Shown in pieces: positions 9,306-17,973 of a DNA stretch of 64,000 nt. The notes beneath the pieces were generated by a model, which did not search any database, had not been told where the DNA came from, and saw only the letters and a program-made list of their open reading frames with translations. The position numbers were made by a program, and so were the translations under genes. Origin of the DNA: a virus; IMG/VR virus record IMGVR_UViG_3300032213_001373, positions 38,328 to 102,327 of that record. One strand, 5' to 3'. Position 1 is the stretch's first letter, and each line of letters opens with the position of its first letter.

Positions 9306-9793
9306 ACACTTCTACCTGCAGCCTTGTTAATGTTAACTCGACGTGTGATCTCACGGTTGATAAGAGAGATGTCTTTAGATAGGCGTTCGGAAATAATCTG
9401 AATCAAACCATGGTAATTAGACAGCTCTTGAAATGAGTCTGCCTTACTACGATAGTCAGGATCTACTTCAATCTCAGCGTCCATCATGGCCACTGCTACT
9501 CCGGTGGTCTTTAGGGATAATTTTTTTCTAGCCCGAACTAAAGCAACCTGCTTGTCGGCCTCTGCTTTGTCTACCTCTGCACACCAAAGCTGTAGGTTAA
9601 TAAACTCTAAGTAAGCTACATACTTTGTGTACAGATCCATAACCTGCTCTTCTGACATACCTGTGATGTCAGCTGGTAGGGATGGAGCATCATAACCATA
9701 GTACTGGTTAACATCCATACCCTGCTGTTGAAGAGCACTAATAGTTTTACTACTAGCCTCAGCAACTTTCAACTCAATAGGACTCATACTCAC
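9290..9793 (-). CDS. Helical hypothetical protein (possibly a recombination mediator)
   Basis: Coiled-coil-like ORF in the recombination cluster; the function is a guess from context. Confidence 0.55.
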   Translation of the reverse strand: MSMSPIELKVAEASSKTISALQQQGMDVNQYYGYDAPSLPADITGMSEEQVMDLYTKYVAYLEFINLQLWCAEVDKAEADKQVALVRARKKLSLKTTGVAVAMMDAEIEVDPDYRSKADSFQELSNYHGLIQIISERLSKDISLINREITRRVNINKAAGRSVWLTP

Positions 9794-9957
9794 GCCTCCA
9801 CGTTCTCTTTAGCCCAGTCAATCCATTCAAAAATTAAATCGTCAACCTTAATAGTGTCAGCAAATCCGTTTTCCTGTAGATGCTCAAGAAAATCGTCGTC
9901 TCCTACTAAAACTGGAAGGTCAAGCCCTACCTCTAAGAATCCTGGATACTTGGTCAT
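9790..9957 (-). CDS. 55-aa acidic hypothetical protein
   Basis: Manual translation MTKYPGFLEVGLDLPVLVGDDDF...; 4-nt overlaps with both neighbours. Confidence 0.7.
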   Translation of the reverse strand: MTKYPGFLEVGLDLPVLVGDDDFLEHLQENGFADTIKVDDLIFEWIDWAKENVEA

Positions 9958-10124
9958 TGTCCGCCCCATCCCCCACCTTTAAGGTGGATACCAAAGTTTG
10001 AAAACTGTCTGAAGGCTTCTCCTCCACACTCACACATTACAGCAGGTGCAGGTCCATCAGCAATAGGGAAAAAGCTTTCGCTTGTCTCTTGACACACCGA
10101 ACACTTGTACTCATAGTTAGGCAT
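9954..10124 (-). CDS. FmdB-like zinc-ribbon protein
   Basis: MPNYEYKCSVC...CECGG...LKGGGW; start reassigned to 10124 (GAGGAG RBS). Confidence 0.8.
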   Translation of the reverse strand: MPNYEYKCSVCQETSESFFPIADGPAPAVMCECGGEAFRQFSNFGIHLKGGGWGGQ

Positions 10125-10986
10125 TATCTTCTCCTCTGTATGGCTCACACCGCTTACATCCAGCCACTGAATCAATACTACACATAGGTGGGCGGTTGTT
10201 GTCAACTGCCCAGACTACATCTAAAGCCTTGTCAAAAATGTCAGCTACAAACTCTGGGTTGTACTGTACAACAAACTCTTTATAATCTTGGTTAGCTTTA
10301 AGCTCATAGATAAATACAATCTCTTTTGGAGCTGACTCAAGCAAACCTTCCTCAACCATTAGGTGAGCTAGGTGAAGGTACATCTGACCTTGCAACTGGT
10401 GAGCTCGGAAAGGTTGCTTAACATTACGCCAAGCTTTTTCTAGATCCCCATCAGCCTGCGCCAAGATTGCAGGTGCTTCAAAACGAAGTGTTCCTGTACC
10501 TATAGATTTAATTTCAATAAGGCAGTCATCGCCTAGGCCTTTGATCCAACCATCAGCGTGTCCGCTAATCCTATGCTTGGCACTACGTAAAGGTACTTCT
10601 GCATAGTCAACACTTGGGTGGATATCTTTAGACACACCCCAGCTTGTTCCAGTCTTATCCCTCCACATACCGTAGAGAATTCCCATGTCTCTAAACCATC
10701 CCTGCCATTTAGCGTGGATAGCGTGACCCTCTGCAAAGATAGATACCTGTCGCAGAGTTAACTTCTCTCGAGTTTCTACATAGTTACCACGAAGGGCATG
10801 GTAAGAAGCCAGAGCACACCACTCGGGCTTAATAAGATCAGATGGATGCAGCACATCCTGGCTACGCTCATCAAAAGGTTGGGACAACGTGTAACGCTCA
10901 AGAGAGCCCATCAATCTAGACTCCCGCTTAGAAGCATTAAGAAACGCTTTAAGTTCCTTGCTAGCTACTGTCTTTGGCTTTCCCAT
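10117..10986 (-). CDS. Cas4/RecB-like PD-(D/E)XK exonuclease
   Basis: HPSD..C, GHAIH, GHADG, LIEIKS, QGQMY motifs and C-terminal Cys cluster. Confidence 0.8.
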   Translation of the reverse strand: MGKPKTVASKELKAFLNASKRESRLMGSLERYTLSQPFDERSQDVLHPSDLIKPEWCALASYHALRGNYVETREKLTLRQVSIFAEGHAIHAKWQGWFRDMGILYGMWRDKTGTSWGVSKDIHPSVDYAEVPLRSAKHRISGHADGWIKGLGDDCLIEIKSIGTGTLRFEAPAILAQADGDLEKAWRNVKQPFRAHQLQGQMYLHLAHLMVEEGLLESAPKEIVFIYELKANQDYKEFVVQYNPEFVADIFDKALDVVWAVDNNRPPMCSIDSVAGCKRCEPYRGEDNA

Positions 10987-11305
10987 ACTTACCCTCCGAG
11001 TTTATCCATTCGTCCAAGGTCAATCCTTTGGCCTTGTATCTGCGCTGTGCTGCATTTCTTTCTCGATGGGACATACCACCAAATATTCCATGCAGCTCGT
11101 CATTCATGATAGCTTCTTTCAAACACTCTTTGCGTACAGGGCAGGGAGGTCGACCGTCCTTGCCCCAACAAATAGCTTTTGCTTGATCTGCTATCGGCTT
11201 ATATAAAGTTTTGTCTCTTGGCGGGAAAAATATTTCCGTATCTTCCCCTCGGCACTTTGCCTTATAACGCCAAGCCCAAGACGCTTCGTCCTGGTAATCG
11301 TCCAT
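10961..11305 (-). CDS. whiB: WhiB family transcription factor
   Basis: AKCRGED..FFP...AKAIC...CPVRKECL...GIFGG. Confidence 0.9.
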   Translation of the reverse strand: MDDYQDEASWAWRYKAKCRGEDTEIFFPPRDKTLYKPIADQAKAICWGKDGRPPCPVRKECLKEAIMNDELHGIFGGMSHRERNAAQRRYKAKGLTLDEWINSEGKYGKAKDSS

Positions 11306-11626
11306 TCATTCACCTCTAATTGAGTTACGAAGTTCAAAAAAATCTTCCTCCAAAAGAACTACATAATTCTCACCGTCAAGATGAAGCCCTAGCACCGGTG
11401 TCCGGCTATCTAGTATTGCTTCGGTTGTGATCTTCTTCAAGACTTCTGACTTGATAGTAACTGACTTCTTGCCAGTCCACTTATGCTCAATCAAAAGCTC
11501 GTCGTTTCTCACGTCGCCCTTGCGAGACCAGAAAGCTCCAGAAGCAGCAGTGCGTTTGCCGTTGATCTTCTTTTCTAATCGCTTCTCATGCTTAAGCGAT
11601 TCTTTCTGACCTTCACTCTTCATCAA
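11306..11626 (-). CDS. Second Hjc-like PD-(D/E)XK nuclease
   Basis: HEKRL...SGAFWSRKGDV...LIEHK. Confidence 0.65.
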   Translation of the reverse strand: MMKSEGQKESLKHEKRLEKKINGKRTAASGAFWSRKGDVRNDELLIEHKWTGKKSVTIKSEVLKKITTEAILDSRTPVLGLHLDGENYVVLLEEDFFELRNSIRGE

Positions 11627-12662
11627 GAACCAGTACAGGTTGAGCTTTGATAGTGCTCATCACTGCCTTGCTGATCTCCTCACGGAGGTCGACTTCTTCT
11701 CGAAGAGAGTCAATAAGGGCTGGTGCGCCTTGCCACTTACGATCACCATAATACATCCATCCGCCACGTCTATCGACGATGCCGTTCAAAATGCTTAGGG
11801 CAACGATTTCCTTGCCAGTATCGTATTGACCTGCATCAATTGGGCCACCATCTGCAAAGTAAAAGTCCATATAAGCAGTCTGCTGAGGTGGGAAGGTCTT
11901 GTTCTTTACTGTGCGAACACGGATAGTCTGTCCCACACGGCGCTTCTCCTGACCAGTACCTACCTCTAGCCAGTCATCACGCTTTACCTCGCAACGAATT
12001 GCGTAGGCATAATCCTTACCCAAACCACCTGGAGTAGTACGAGGATCTCCGTGAATAACGCCGATCTTCATACGATACTGATTGATCATAATTCCAAGGA
12101 CTGGTCGTTCCGATTCGATGAGGTCTCGCTTGGTAGCTGACGCCACTTTTCTAAAGAACTTATTGGTAATAAGTGCGCCACGACCCACAGTAAATTCTTC
12201 CATATGCTTTTCATCTTCTGCGCTAGGAACCAAGGCAGGAAGGGAATCAATAACAACCATGTCCACAGCTTTGCTCTCCATAAATTGAATGACCGAATCA
12301 AATGCATCCTCCATGCTATTAGTCTCTACAAGAAGAACTCTGCTGGTATCTACCCCGCAAAATTCTGCGTACTTAGAATCAAAATCTTCTGCAGCAATCC
12401 ATACTGCTGTAAACTCTGGGTTAATCTTTTGATTAGCTGCAATAGTCTTTAGAGCAATTGCAGTCTTACCATGAGACGCTTCACCCATAAGCTCTACCCA
12501 ACGGTTCATAGGCCAACCTCCACCAAGAACCACATCAAGTGTTAAAGACCCTGTTGTAATGCGTTGTGGAATATGTGTATCTCCGGCGAGCACAACAGTA
12601 TTAGCACCAAGCTTCTTATTAATTCCTGCTGCAATCTTTAATGCCTCTGCGTTTAATGCCAT
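11613..12662 (-). CDS. recA: RecA recombinase
   Basis: TTGSLTLD, GEASHGKT Walker A, VVIDSL, INQYRMKIG, TTPGG, VKNK. Confidence 0.92.
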   Translation of the reverse strand: MALNAEALKIAAGINKKLGANTVVLAGDTHIPQRITTGSLTLDVVLGGGWPMNRWVELMGEASHGKTAIALKTIAANQKINPEFTAVWIAAEDFDSKYAEFCGVDTSRVLLVETNSMEDAFDSVIQFMESKAVDMVVIDSLPALVPSAEDEKHMEEFTVGRGALITNKFFRKVASATKRDLIESERPVLGIMINQYRMKIGVIHGDPRTTPGGLGKDYAYAIRCEVKRDDWLEVGTGQEKRRVGQTIRVRTVKNKTFPPQQTAYMDFYFADGGPIDAGQYDTGKEIVALSILNGIVDRRGGWMYYGDRKWQGAPALIDSLREEVDLREEISKAVMSTIKAQPVLVLDEE

Positions 12663-12667
12663 TGTAA

Positions 12668-13054
12668 TTAACCTAACCTATCTACGATTACATTTGGATT
12701 GAATCCTCCGCCTTGTGACGGCTGACGTGCTGCAATCGGTGCCCCACCTTGTCCGGTACCACCGACACCTGTTCCAGCTTGAACAATTGGATAACCGCAA
12801 TCATAACAACGTTTGCGCTGCGTACCAACTGGAGCCATGTAATTGCCAGACATACATCCTGGACAACGTTCCTGGTCTCTAGCACTTTGAGCACGTGTAA
12901 CTAACTGATCTTGGTTTGGATCATAAGATACTTGTACGTTAGGTGCTTGCTGTGGCGGTCGGTATACGTTTCCTTGAGGCGGTGTAGTAGGGGGAGTATT
13001 TGGAAGAGGTCCATTTGCTCCAAGTTTGTTAGCCCACCAATTACTGTTACTCAT
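12668..13054 (-). CDS. Pro/Gln-rich protein with CxxC-CxxC zinc finger
   Basis: CPGC...CYDCG; start at ATG 13054 after GGAGG. Confidence 0.65.
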   Translation of the reverse strand: MSNSNWWANKLGANGPLPNTPPTTPPQGNVYRPPQQAPNVQVSYDPNQDQLVTRAQSARDQERCPGCMSGNYMAPVGTQRKRCYDCGYPIVQAGTGVGGTGQGGAPIAARQPSQGGGFNPNVIVDRLG

Positions 13055-13481
13055 CGTAATCCTCCACGACATTAGATTCAATTAACCCTAAACTAAATAA
13101 TGTAGAAACGCAAGATACAGATGATGCAAGAGAGACAAGTCTGAACAATTCCAGCAGCTGCTCTACTTTTTCATCTGGGAGGTCATTAAAGTCCTCGTCA
13201 TCAATGATGTATGCAGCTGAGGCAATACGTGCAGAGATGTCAGCATGTGCATCGATAAACGGTAGGAGAGCAGCCATACGAGTCAGGCGATCCTGACTTG
13301 CACGCTCTTCCATCTCAGAAACTTCTTCTGATACCGGTGGCAAACCCATGTGTGCTGCAATCTCTTCTGCTGGCATCATCATTGAATCATAAATGACCTG
13401 ACGAATAAGGACAGGAAGAGGTACCTGTTGTACCAAGACTTTCTTTTTACGTCTGAACAAATTCACTTTGCTTCTCCCCAT
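13047..13481 (-). CDS. Hypothetical protein
   Basis: 144-aa ORF filling the gap; start uncertain. Confidence 0.6.
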   Translation of the reverse strand: MGRSKVNLFRRKKKVLVQQVPLPVLIRQVIYDSMMMPAEEIAAHMGLPPVSEEVSEMEERASQDRLTRMAALLPFIDAHADISARIASAAYIIDDEDFNDLPDEKVEQLLELFRLVSLASSVSCVSTLFSLGLIESNVVEDYDE

Positions 13482-15439
13482 CGTTGTACCACCTTTACAT
13501 CTGCAATCATTGGAATGGATAAGGCTTTGATGCCTTCCATAGCCTGACGAATTGCTTCGGCTGTATCCTCAGCAAGATGATCAGGAGTTACTGTCACCAG
13601 TTCATCGTGTACCGTAAGAATCAAACTTGATTCGTTAGGGATCATCTTATGTGCCCTAATCATAGCAAGTTTAATGAGGTCTGCTGCCGACCCTTGGATA
13701 ACGGTATTGAATGCCTGACGTTCTGCCCTGGAACGCTTCCAGACCTCACTAGAACGAAGCTCCGGTAGGTAACGTCGCCTGTTCATGTAGGTAGAGGCAT
13801 ACGGTATAGGGGCATGCCGACGGCTCTCTGCAATCACCTGCTTCTTATAGCGGGCAACGGCAGGAAACTTATGTAAGAAGTCGTCTAGAAGAGTTCTTGC
13901 CTCAGCAACAGTAACGCCAATAGAGTCTGCAATTTTATCTGGACCAACGCCGTACATCATTGCCAATACCAAAGTCTTGGCTGCGCTACGGTCTACACCT
14001 ACCGTGTTTCCAATGGTTGTATAGATATCTTCTCCGGCCAGATAAGAGCTACAGAGGATACGATCATTGCTAAAGGATGCCAAAACTCTAGGCTCAATCT
14101 GAGAGTAGTCAGCTACAACTAACTTGTAACCTTCCGGAGCGGTGAACAGGTTTCGGATCGCTTTACCGTTAGGTGTGCGTGGGTTAGGAACATTCTGAAG
14201 GTTTGGATTACGACTAGAAAAACGCCCTGTCTCAGCGCCGTACTGTACAAAGTCAGTATGAATACGACCATTCAATAGTAAGCTTTTCTTAGCCACAATC
14301 TTTGATTTACCTGCAAGAGTTCTAGTGATGTCACCACCAAGATATGGGATCACATATGTAGTAAGCAGCTTATTAAGATCTGAATAAGCAATCAAACCAT
14401 CTACTAAAGCATCTTTACCAGCAAATGCTTGAAGAGCTGGTTCTGATACTGAGTAGTCTGAGACAGAAGAGAGTTGACCCTCCTCAGCCCTCTTCTGCCC
14501 AGCTGGGGTAAGGACCTTAGGCCGAAGCCCACGTCCCCCATCCTTCTTCAATGAGAATAATAATTTCTGCTTCTCTGGAACACTATTAATATTAAAAGCT
14601 TTTCCTGCAATCCGATAGATACTTGCCTTGGTAGTTTCCAGCTGCAGTTCTAGATCTGCTTTGAGGATCTCCAAGCGCTTAGTATCAATGTCAGCGCCAC
14701 GTAGTTCCATAGAACAAATGACACTTAACACATCCATCTCAAGGTTAAAGATGCCACGCAACCCATCCTTATCAAGCTTGTCTGATAAGTGAAGCCAAAG
14801 CTTCCAAGTCCATTCAGCATCTAGGGCTGCGTAGGTAGCAACCTCTTCGAAAGAATACTTCTCTACTTCTTTACCCACACCTTTGACCATGTGATACCCG
14901 AACTCACGTTGCAAGCAATCATCTAGACCAAGGTTGTTCCGGTCCTGTGTATTAATAATAAATGCAGCATTAAGGGTACAGGCGTATGGTTGAGCAGGGA
15001 GTCCACCCAAATACTTTGAAACGCTCTGTAGATCAAACTTAAGGTTGTGCCCAGCCTTTACCTTAGAACTGTTAAGTAAAGGCTTAAGAGCCTTAAATAC
15101 TTCCGCCGGCGTTAGCTGTTCTGGCGCAGGGCCAAAGATTCGTGTGGACTTACGTTCGTCTTTACTGTAGTCGGTGGGGCGTAGTTCTAAGCCTTTTTCT
15201 AGACGAGCGTGAGCTGATGGTAGCAATGGGTACTCTGTGCGAAGGTACTCTCCATTGGGATGTCCCATAGGGATAACGTCTACACGATCATATGTAGACA
15301 TAGAGATCCAAGTAACAATGTTCTGTCGTGGATCTCCGCGATGGTCTCCAACTGTTTCTACGTCAAACGCAAAAGCATCTACTTTATCGTAGGCAGCAAC
15401 AAGTTCTTCAAGTTGTTTGGTGGTCGTAACAATATTCAT
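13463..15439 (-). CDS. polA: Family A DNA polymerase (3'-5' exonuclease plus polymerase)
   Basis: FDVET, GHNLKFD, YAALDA exonuclease motifs; TGRFSS..PNLQN, ADYSQIEPR, AKTLVLAMMYG, IQGSAAD, VHDEL; start at ATG 15439 after AGGAG. Confidence 0.93.
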   Translation of the reverse strand: MNIVTTTKQLEELVAAYDKVDAFAFDVETVGDHRGDPRQNIVTWISMSTYDRVDVIPMGHPNGEYLRTEYPLLPSAHARLEKGLELRPTDYSKDERKSTRIFGPAPEQLTPAEVFKALKPLLNSSKVKAGHNLKFDLQSVSKYLGGLPAQPYACTLNAAFIINTQDRNNLGLDDCLQREFGYHMVKGVGKEVEKYSFEEVATYAALDAEWTWKLWLHLSDKLDKDGLRGIFNLEMDVLSVICSMELRGADIDTKRLEILKADLELQLETTKASIYRIAGKAFNINSVPEKQKLLFSLKKDGGRGLRPKVLTPAGQKRAEEGQLSSVSDYSVSEPALQAFAGKDALVDGLIAYSDLNKLLTTYVIPYLGGDITRTLAGKSKIVAKKSLLLNGRIHTDFVQYGAETGRFSSRNPNLQNVPNPRTPNGKAIRNLFTAPEGYKLVVADYSQIEPRVLASFSNDRILCSSYLAGEDIYTTIGNTVGVDRSAAKTLVLAMMYGVGPDKIADSIGVTVAEARTLLDDFLHKFPAVARYKKQVIAESRRHAPIPYASTYMNRRRYLPELRSSEVWKRSRAERQAFNTVIQGSAADLIKLAMIRAHKMIPNESSLILTVHDELVTVTPDHLAEDTAEAIRQAMEGIKALSIPMIADVKVVQRWGEAK

Positions 15440-15460
15440 TATGCTCCTGATGATTAGGGA

Positions 15461-15506
15461 GCTGGGGGCCTGTAAGAGAAAGGAGGTAAAAGACCAGGCC
15501 CCCAGC
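15461..15506 (-). promoter_or_regulatory. 12-bp hairpin with anti-Shine-Dalgarno sequence in its loop, upstream of polA
   Basis: Minus strand GCTGGGGGCCTG-GTCTTTTACCTCCTTTCTCTTA-CAGGCCCCCAGC. Confidence 0.6.
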
Positions 15507-15518
15507 AACTATAGTGGG

Positions 15519-16226
15519 TTAGAGCTGTCCAGCGATTTCACGAGCAATCTCTTCAAGTTCAGCCTTTGTCGGAATGTGAAGTGCTTCCGGTCCAAGTGGC
15601 TTCATTGGTTTGATTAACTCGGCTGCTGCTACAGGATCAATTTCCCAGTCATCAGCAAGATCGCGCTCTTTAACAGGAGCTATAGAGTACGCGGTCTTTG
15701 TACCAGTACCGGACTTGCTAACAGCCCAGTAAATATCTGGACGATCAAGTGGTCCAGTCTTCTTATCAGTGTGGAGCTTTTCAAGCTGACCACATAGACG
15801 AACGCCTACAACCATAAGTTCGATCTTTGGTTCTTCGGCAGAAAGATTAACTACAGAGAATGCAAACTTTTGATCTGGCTTGCTTCCTACTGCAATTAGT
15901 GGATCGCCCTCACCAATACTAATAAATGAGCGCTTGCCCTGACGGTTAACCCAGTGCTGCATAAAGGTCATTGGTTCGCCAGAGATGAATTTGATTAGCT
16001 GAACGTCCTCAGTAAACTTGAAGTCGTTTGCATACTTTTCATTGGACTTAGCAACTGCTTTCTTAGCTGCTGCCCAACCTGATTGGATTGTAGAAGAACG
16101 ATCTGATGTATCGTTTTCGTTTTCTTCTACGAACATTTCCTCAAGCTCTGCTTGAGATGGACTGTGCATTGTGTCAACATATGAGTCAACATTTGGTGCG
16201 TCTTCTTTATCAATACGAATACCCAT
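15519..16226 (-). CDS. Probable single-stranded DNA-binding protein (gp32-like)
   Basis: Adjacent to polA; QHWV and SKSGTGTKTAYSI motifs; start at 16226 after AAGGAG. Confidence 0.55.
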   Translation of the reverse strand: MGIRIDKEDAPNVDSYVDTMHSPSQAELEEMFVEENENDTSDRSSTIQSGWAAAKKAVAKSNEKYANDFKFTEDVQLIKFISGEPMTFMQHWVNRQGKRSFISIGEGDPLIAVGSKPDQKFAFSVVNLSAEEPKIELMVVGVRLCGQLEKLHTDKKTGPLDRPDIYWAVSKSGTGTKTAYSIAPVKERDLADDWEIDPVAAAELIKPMKPLGPEALHIPTKAELEEIAREIAGQL

Positions 16227-16269
16227 TTGGGGTACTCCTTTCATAGCCATAGCCATAGTCATAGTAGAG

Positions 16270-16743
16270 TCAAGAAACGGATGTTTCTTGTGAGTGAATC
16301 TTATCCCATTTTCCCATCAATTCAATTGATAGATCCGGGTATCGATTCCAATCAATCCGTGGGGCTTCAAGAAGCCCACGAGATTGAAAGCTTTCGATAG
16401 TTGCTTCGACGATTGCTCTGCTGTACATCCGCCATCCGGGCTTCTTTACACCATTTACAACCATTGACTTCAAGCGATAGGGTGCACGTGGTATATAACC
16501 TTTTCGTTCCCAAAGCCTCAAAGTAACTAACGGTCTGCCTAATGCAAGAGCTAACGCACCTGCACTAAACAATTCTAACTCCTTACCTGTTGGTAAGGTT
16601 TTTACCTGTGGATCGGAATCCCAGGAACCTACTGTAGCAGCTTTTTTAACCTTCGCTTTAGGGTCGGGTTCTCTGCGCTTACGTTTAGAGCCTGGATAAA
16701 AATCATCTAGGCTACTAAATAACTTATCTACTTCATCGTTCAT
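16270..16743 (-). CDS. MerR-like HTH DNA-binding protein
   Basis: FSAGALALALGRPLVTLRLWERKGYIP...GWRMYS. Confidence 0.7.
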   Translation of the reverse strand: MNDEVDKLFSSLDDFYPGSKRKRREPDPKAKVKKAATVGSWDSDPQVKTLPTGKELELFSAGALALALGRPLVTLRLWERKGYIPRAPYRLKSMVVNGVKKPGWRMYSRAIVEATIESFQSRGLLEAPRIDWNRYPDLSIELMGKWDKIHSQETSVS

Positions 16744-17180
16744 GATTTACTTGGAACAAACGCCCATGTAATCTTCTTAGGGAACATAGTATCCACATCT
16801 TCTTCAGAGAGCAAACCCTCATAAAGGCAAGCCATAACTGCGTCCTCATCCAGTACCGGCATAGTTCTAAAGCAACGGCTTTCCAATCCTTTTTCCTTTA
16901 GGATTCGCTCTGCCTCATCTAGATCCAAGCTTTGTGAAACACGACGCTCACGCTTTAAAGATACATACCCACCAACCTCTTCAGGAAGTTGGTACCACTT
17001 GTGGCCCTTATCATCTTCTTCACCATCTGAATCTACAAGATCTGATAGGTAAGACTTTACTTGGGTAAGTTCTTTTGTTGCATCATCAATTTTATTTTTT
17101 AAGAATACAAAGTTACGTACTTTACCTAGTACGCCATCGTCAGCAGATACTGATCTAGATGGTTTTTCAATCTTTGCCAT
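16740..17180 (-). CDS. Hypothetical phage protein (N-terminal coiled coil)
   Basis: 146-aa ORF, ATGA-coupled. Confidence 0.65.
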   Translation of the reverse strand: MAKIEKPSRSVSADDGVLGKVRNFVFLKNKIDDATKELTQVKSYLSDLVDSDGEEDDKGHKWYQLPEEVGGYVSLKRERRVSQSLDLDEAERILKEKGLESRCFRTMPVLDEDAVMACLYEGLLSEEDVDTMFPKKITWAFVPSKS

Positions 17181-17239
17181 AACGCCCTCTTTCTCTTTGT
17201 TGGTGAGCAGTTTAGGGACATACTCAGGTCACTGTCAAA

Positions 17240-17740
17240 TTAATTAATCTCGATTACCTTTGGTTTCTTTTCCTCAGGAAGCTCCTGACGAAGAAGAATA
17301 CGAAGCATACCATCCTTCATATCGGCGCTGTCAACCACGACGTACTCAGCTAGAGCAAAGTCTTGCTTGAAGTCTCGGGAAGCAATGCCTTTATGAACAT
17401 AGTTATCCACAGATGGTAGGGCTGAGCCTTCTACTGTCAAAGTTAGTTCCTTGACAGAGATCTTGATGTCTTCTTTTGAGAATCCGGCAACAGCAATTTC
17501 CAGGACGTAGTTGTCCTTGGACTTGTAGATGTTGTAAGGCGGGTAGGAAGTCATCTTTGCCTCAGAAGCAATTGACTTTAGGGTTTCAAACAAAGGATCA
17601 AACCCGATAGCCCAACGCTCAAACTGTGGGAAGAGTGAATTGATTGTAACTGGCCCAGGGGATGTAGCGGCTGGCTTTTTGTGCCAATCGTAGTCTGGGT
17701 ACTTTTTGTTGCCTTCATGAGGCATGGGAATTAGAGCCAT
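17240..17740 (-). CDS. hsp20: Hsp20/IbpA small heat-shock protein
   Basis: IGFD, SYPPYNI, LEIAVAGF, HKGIASRDF, DGMLRI, PEEKKPKVIEI. Confidence 0.92.
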   Translation of the reverse strand: MALIPMPHEGNKKYPDYDWHKKPAATSPGPVTINSLFPQFERWAIGFDPLFETLKSIASEAKMTSYPPYNIYKSKDNYVLEIAVAGFSKEDIKISVKELTLTVEGSALPSVDNYVHKGIASRDFKQDFALAEYVVVDSADMKDGMLRILLRQELPEEKKPKVIEIN

Positions 17741-17820
17741 AATTATCTCCTTAGACGATAACTAGTAATGGACCCCCCGTTGTGGGCAGGTCTCGGTGTA
17801 TAACAACTATACCAGGGAAT

Positions 17821-17964
17821 TTATTCCCCGATATATTTTTTCAATGCCTCAATGATTACCTCTGTGACGGTACGCTCTTCGATGGCAGCCTTATCCTTTA
17901 CGGCATTCCAGAGGTCGTTAGAGACTCGGATGGTCCGTGTAGGCGTCTTCGGTGCATTGGGCAT
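17821..17964 (-). CDS. Ribbon-helix-helix (Arc-like) DNA-binding protein
   Basis: Manual translation MPNAPKTPTRTIRVSNDLWNAVKDKAAIEERTVTEVIIEALKKYIGE. Confidence 0.8.
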   Translation of the reverse strand: MPNAPKTPTRTIRVSNDLWNAVKDKAAIEERTVTEVIIEALKKYIGE

Positions 17965-17973
17965 ACATATATT

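Noticed and set aside
10117-10986. Cas4-like gene as evidence of a CRISPR-Cas system
   Set aside because: No repeat-spacer array or other cas genes; solo Cas4-like nucleases are common in phage recombination modules
15473-15494. Plus-strand AGAAAGGAGGT as the RBS of a hidden gene
   Set aside because: No start codon at a suitable distance and the region is transcribed on the minus strand
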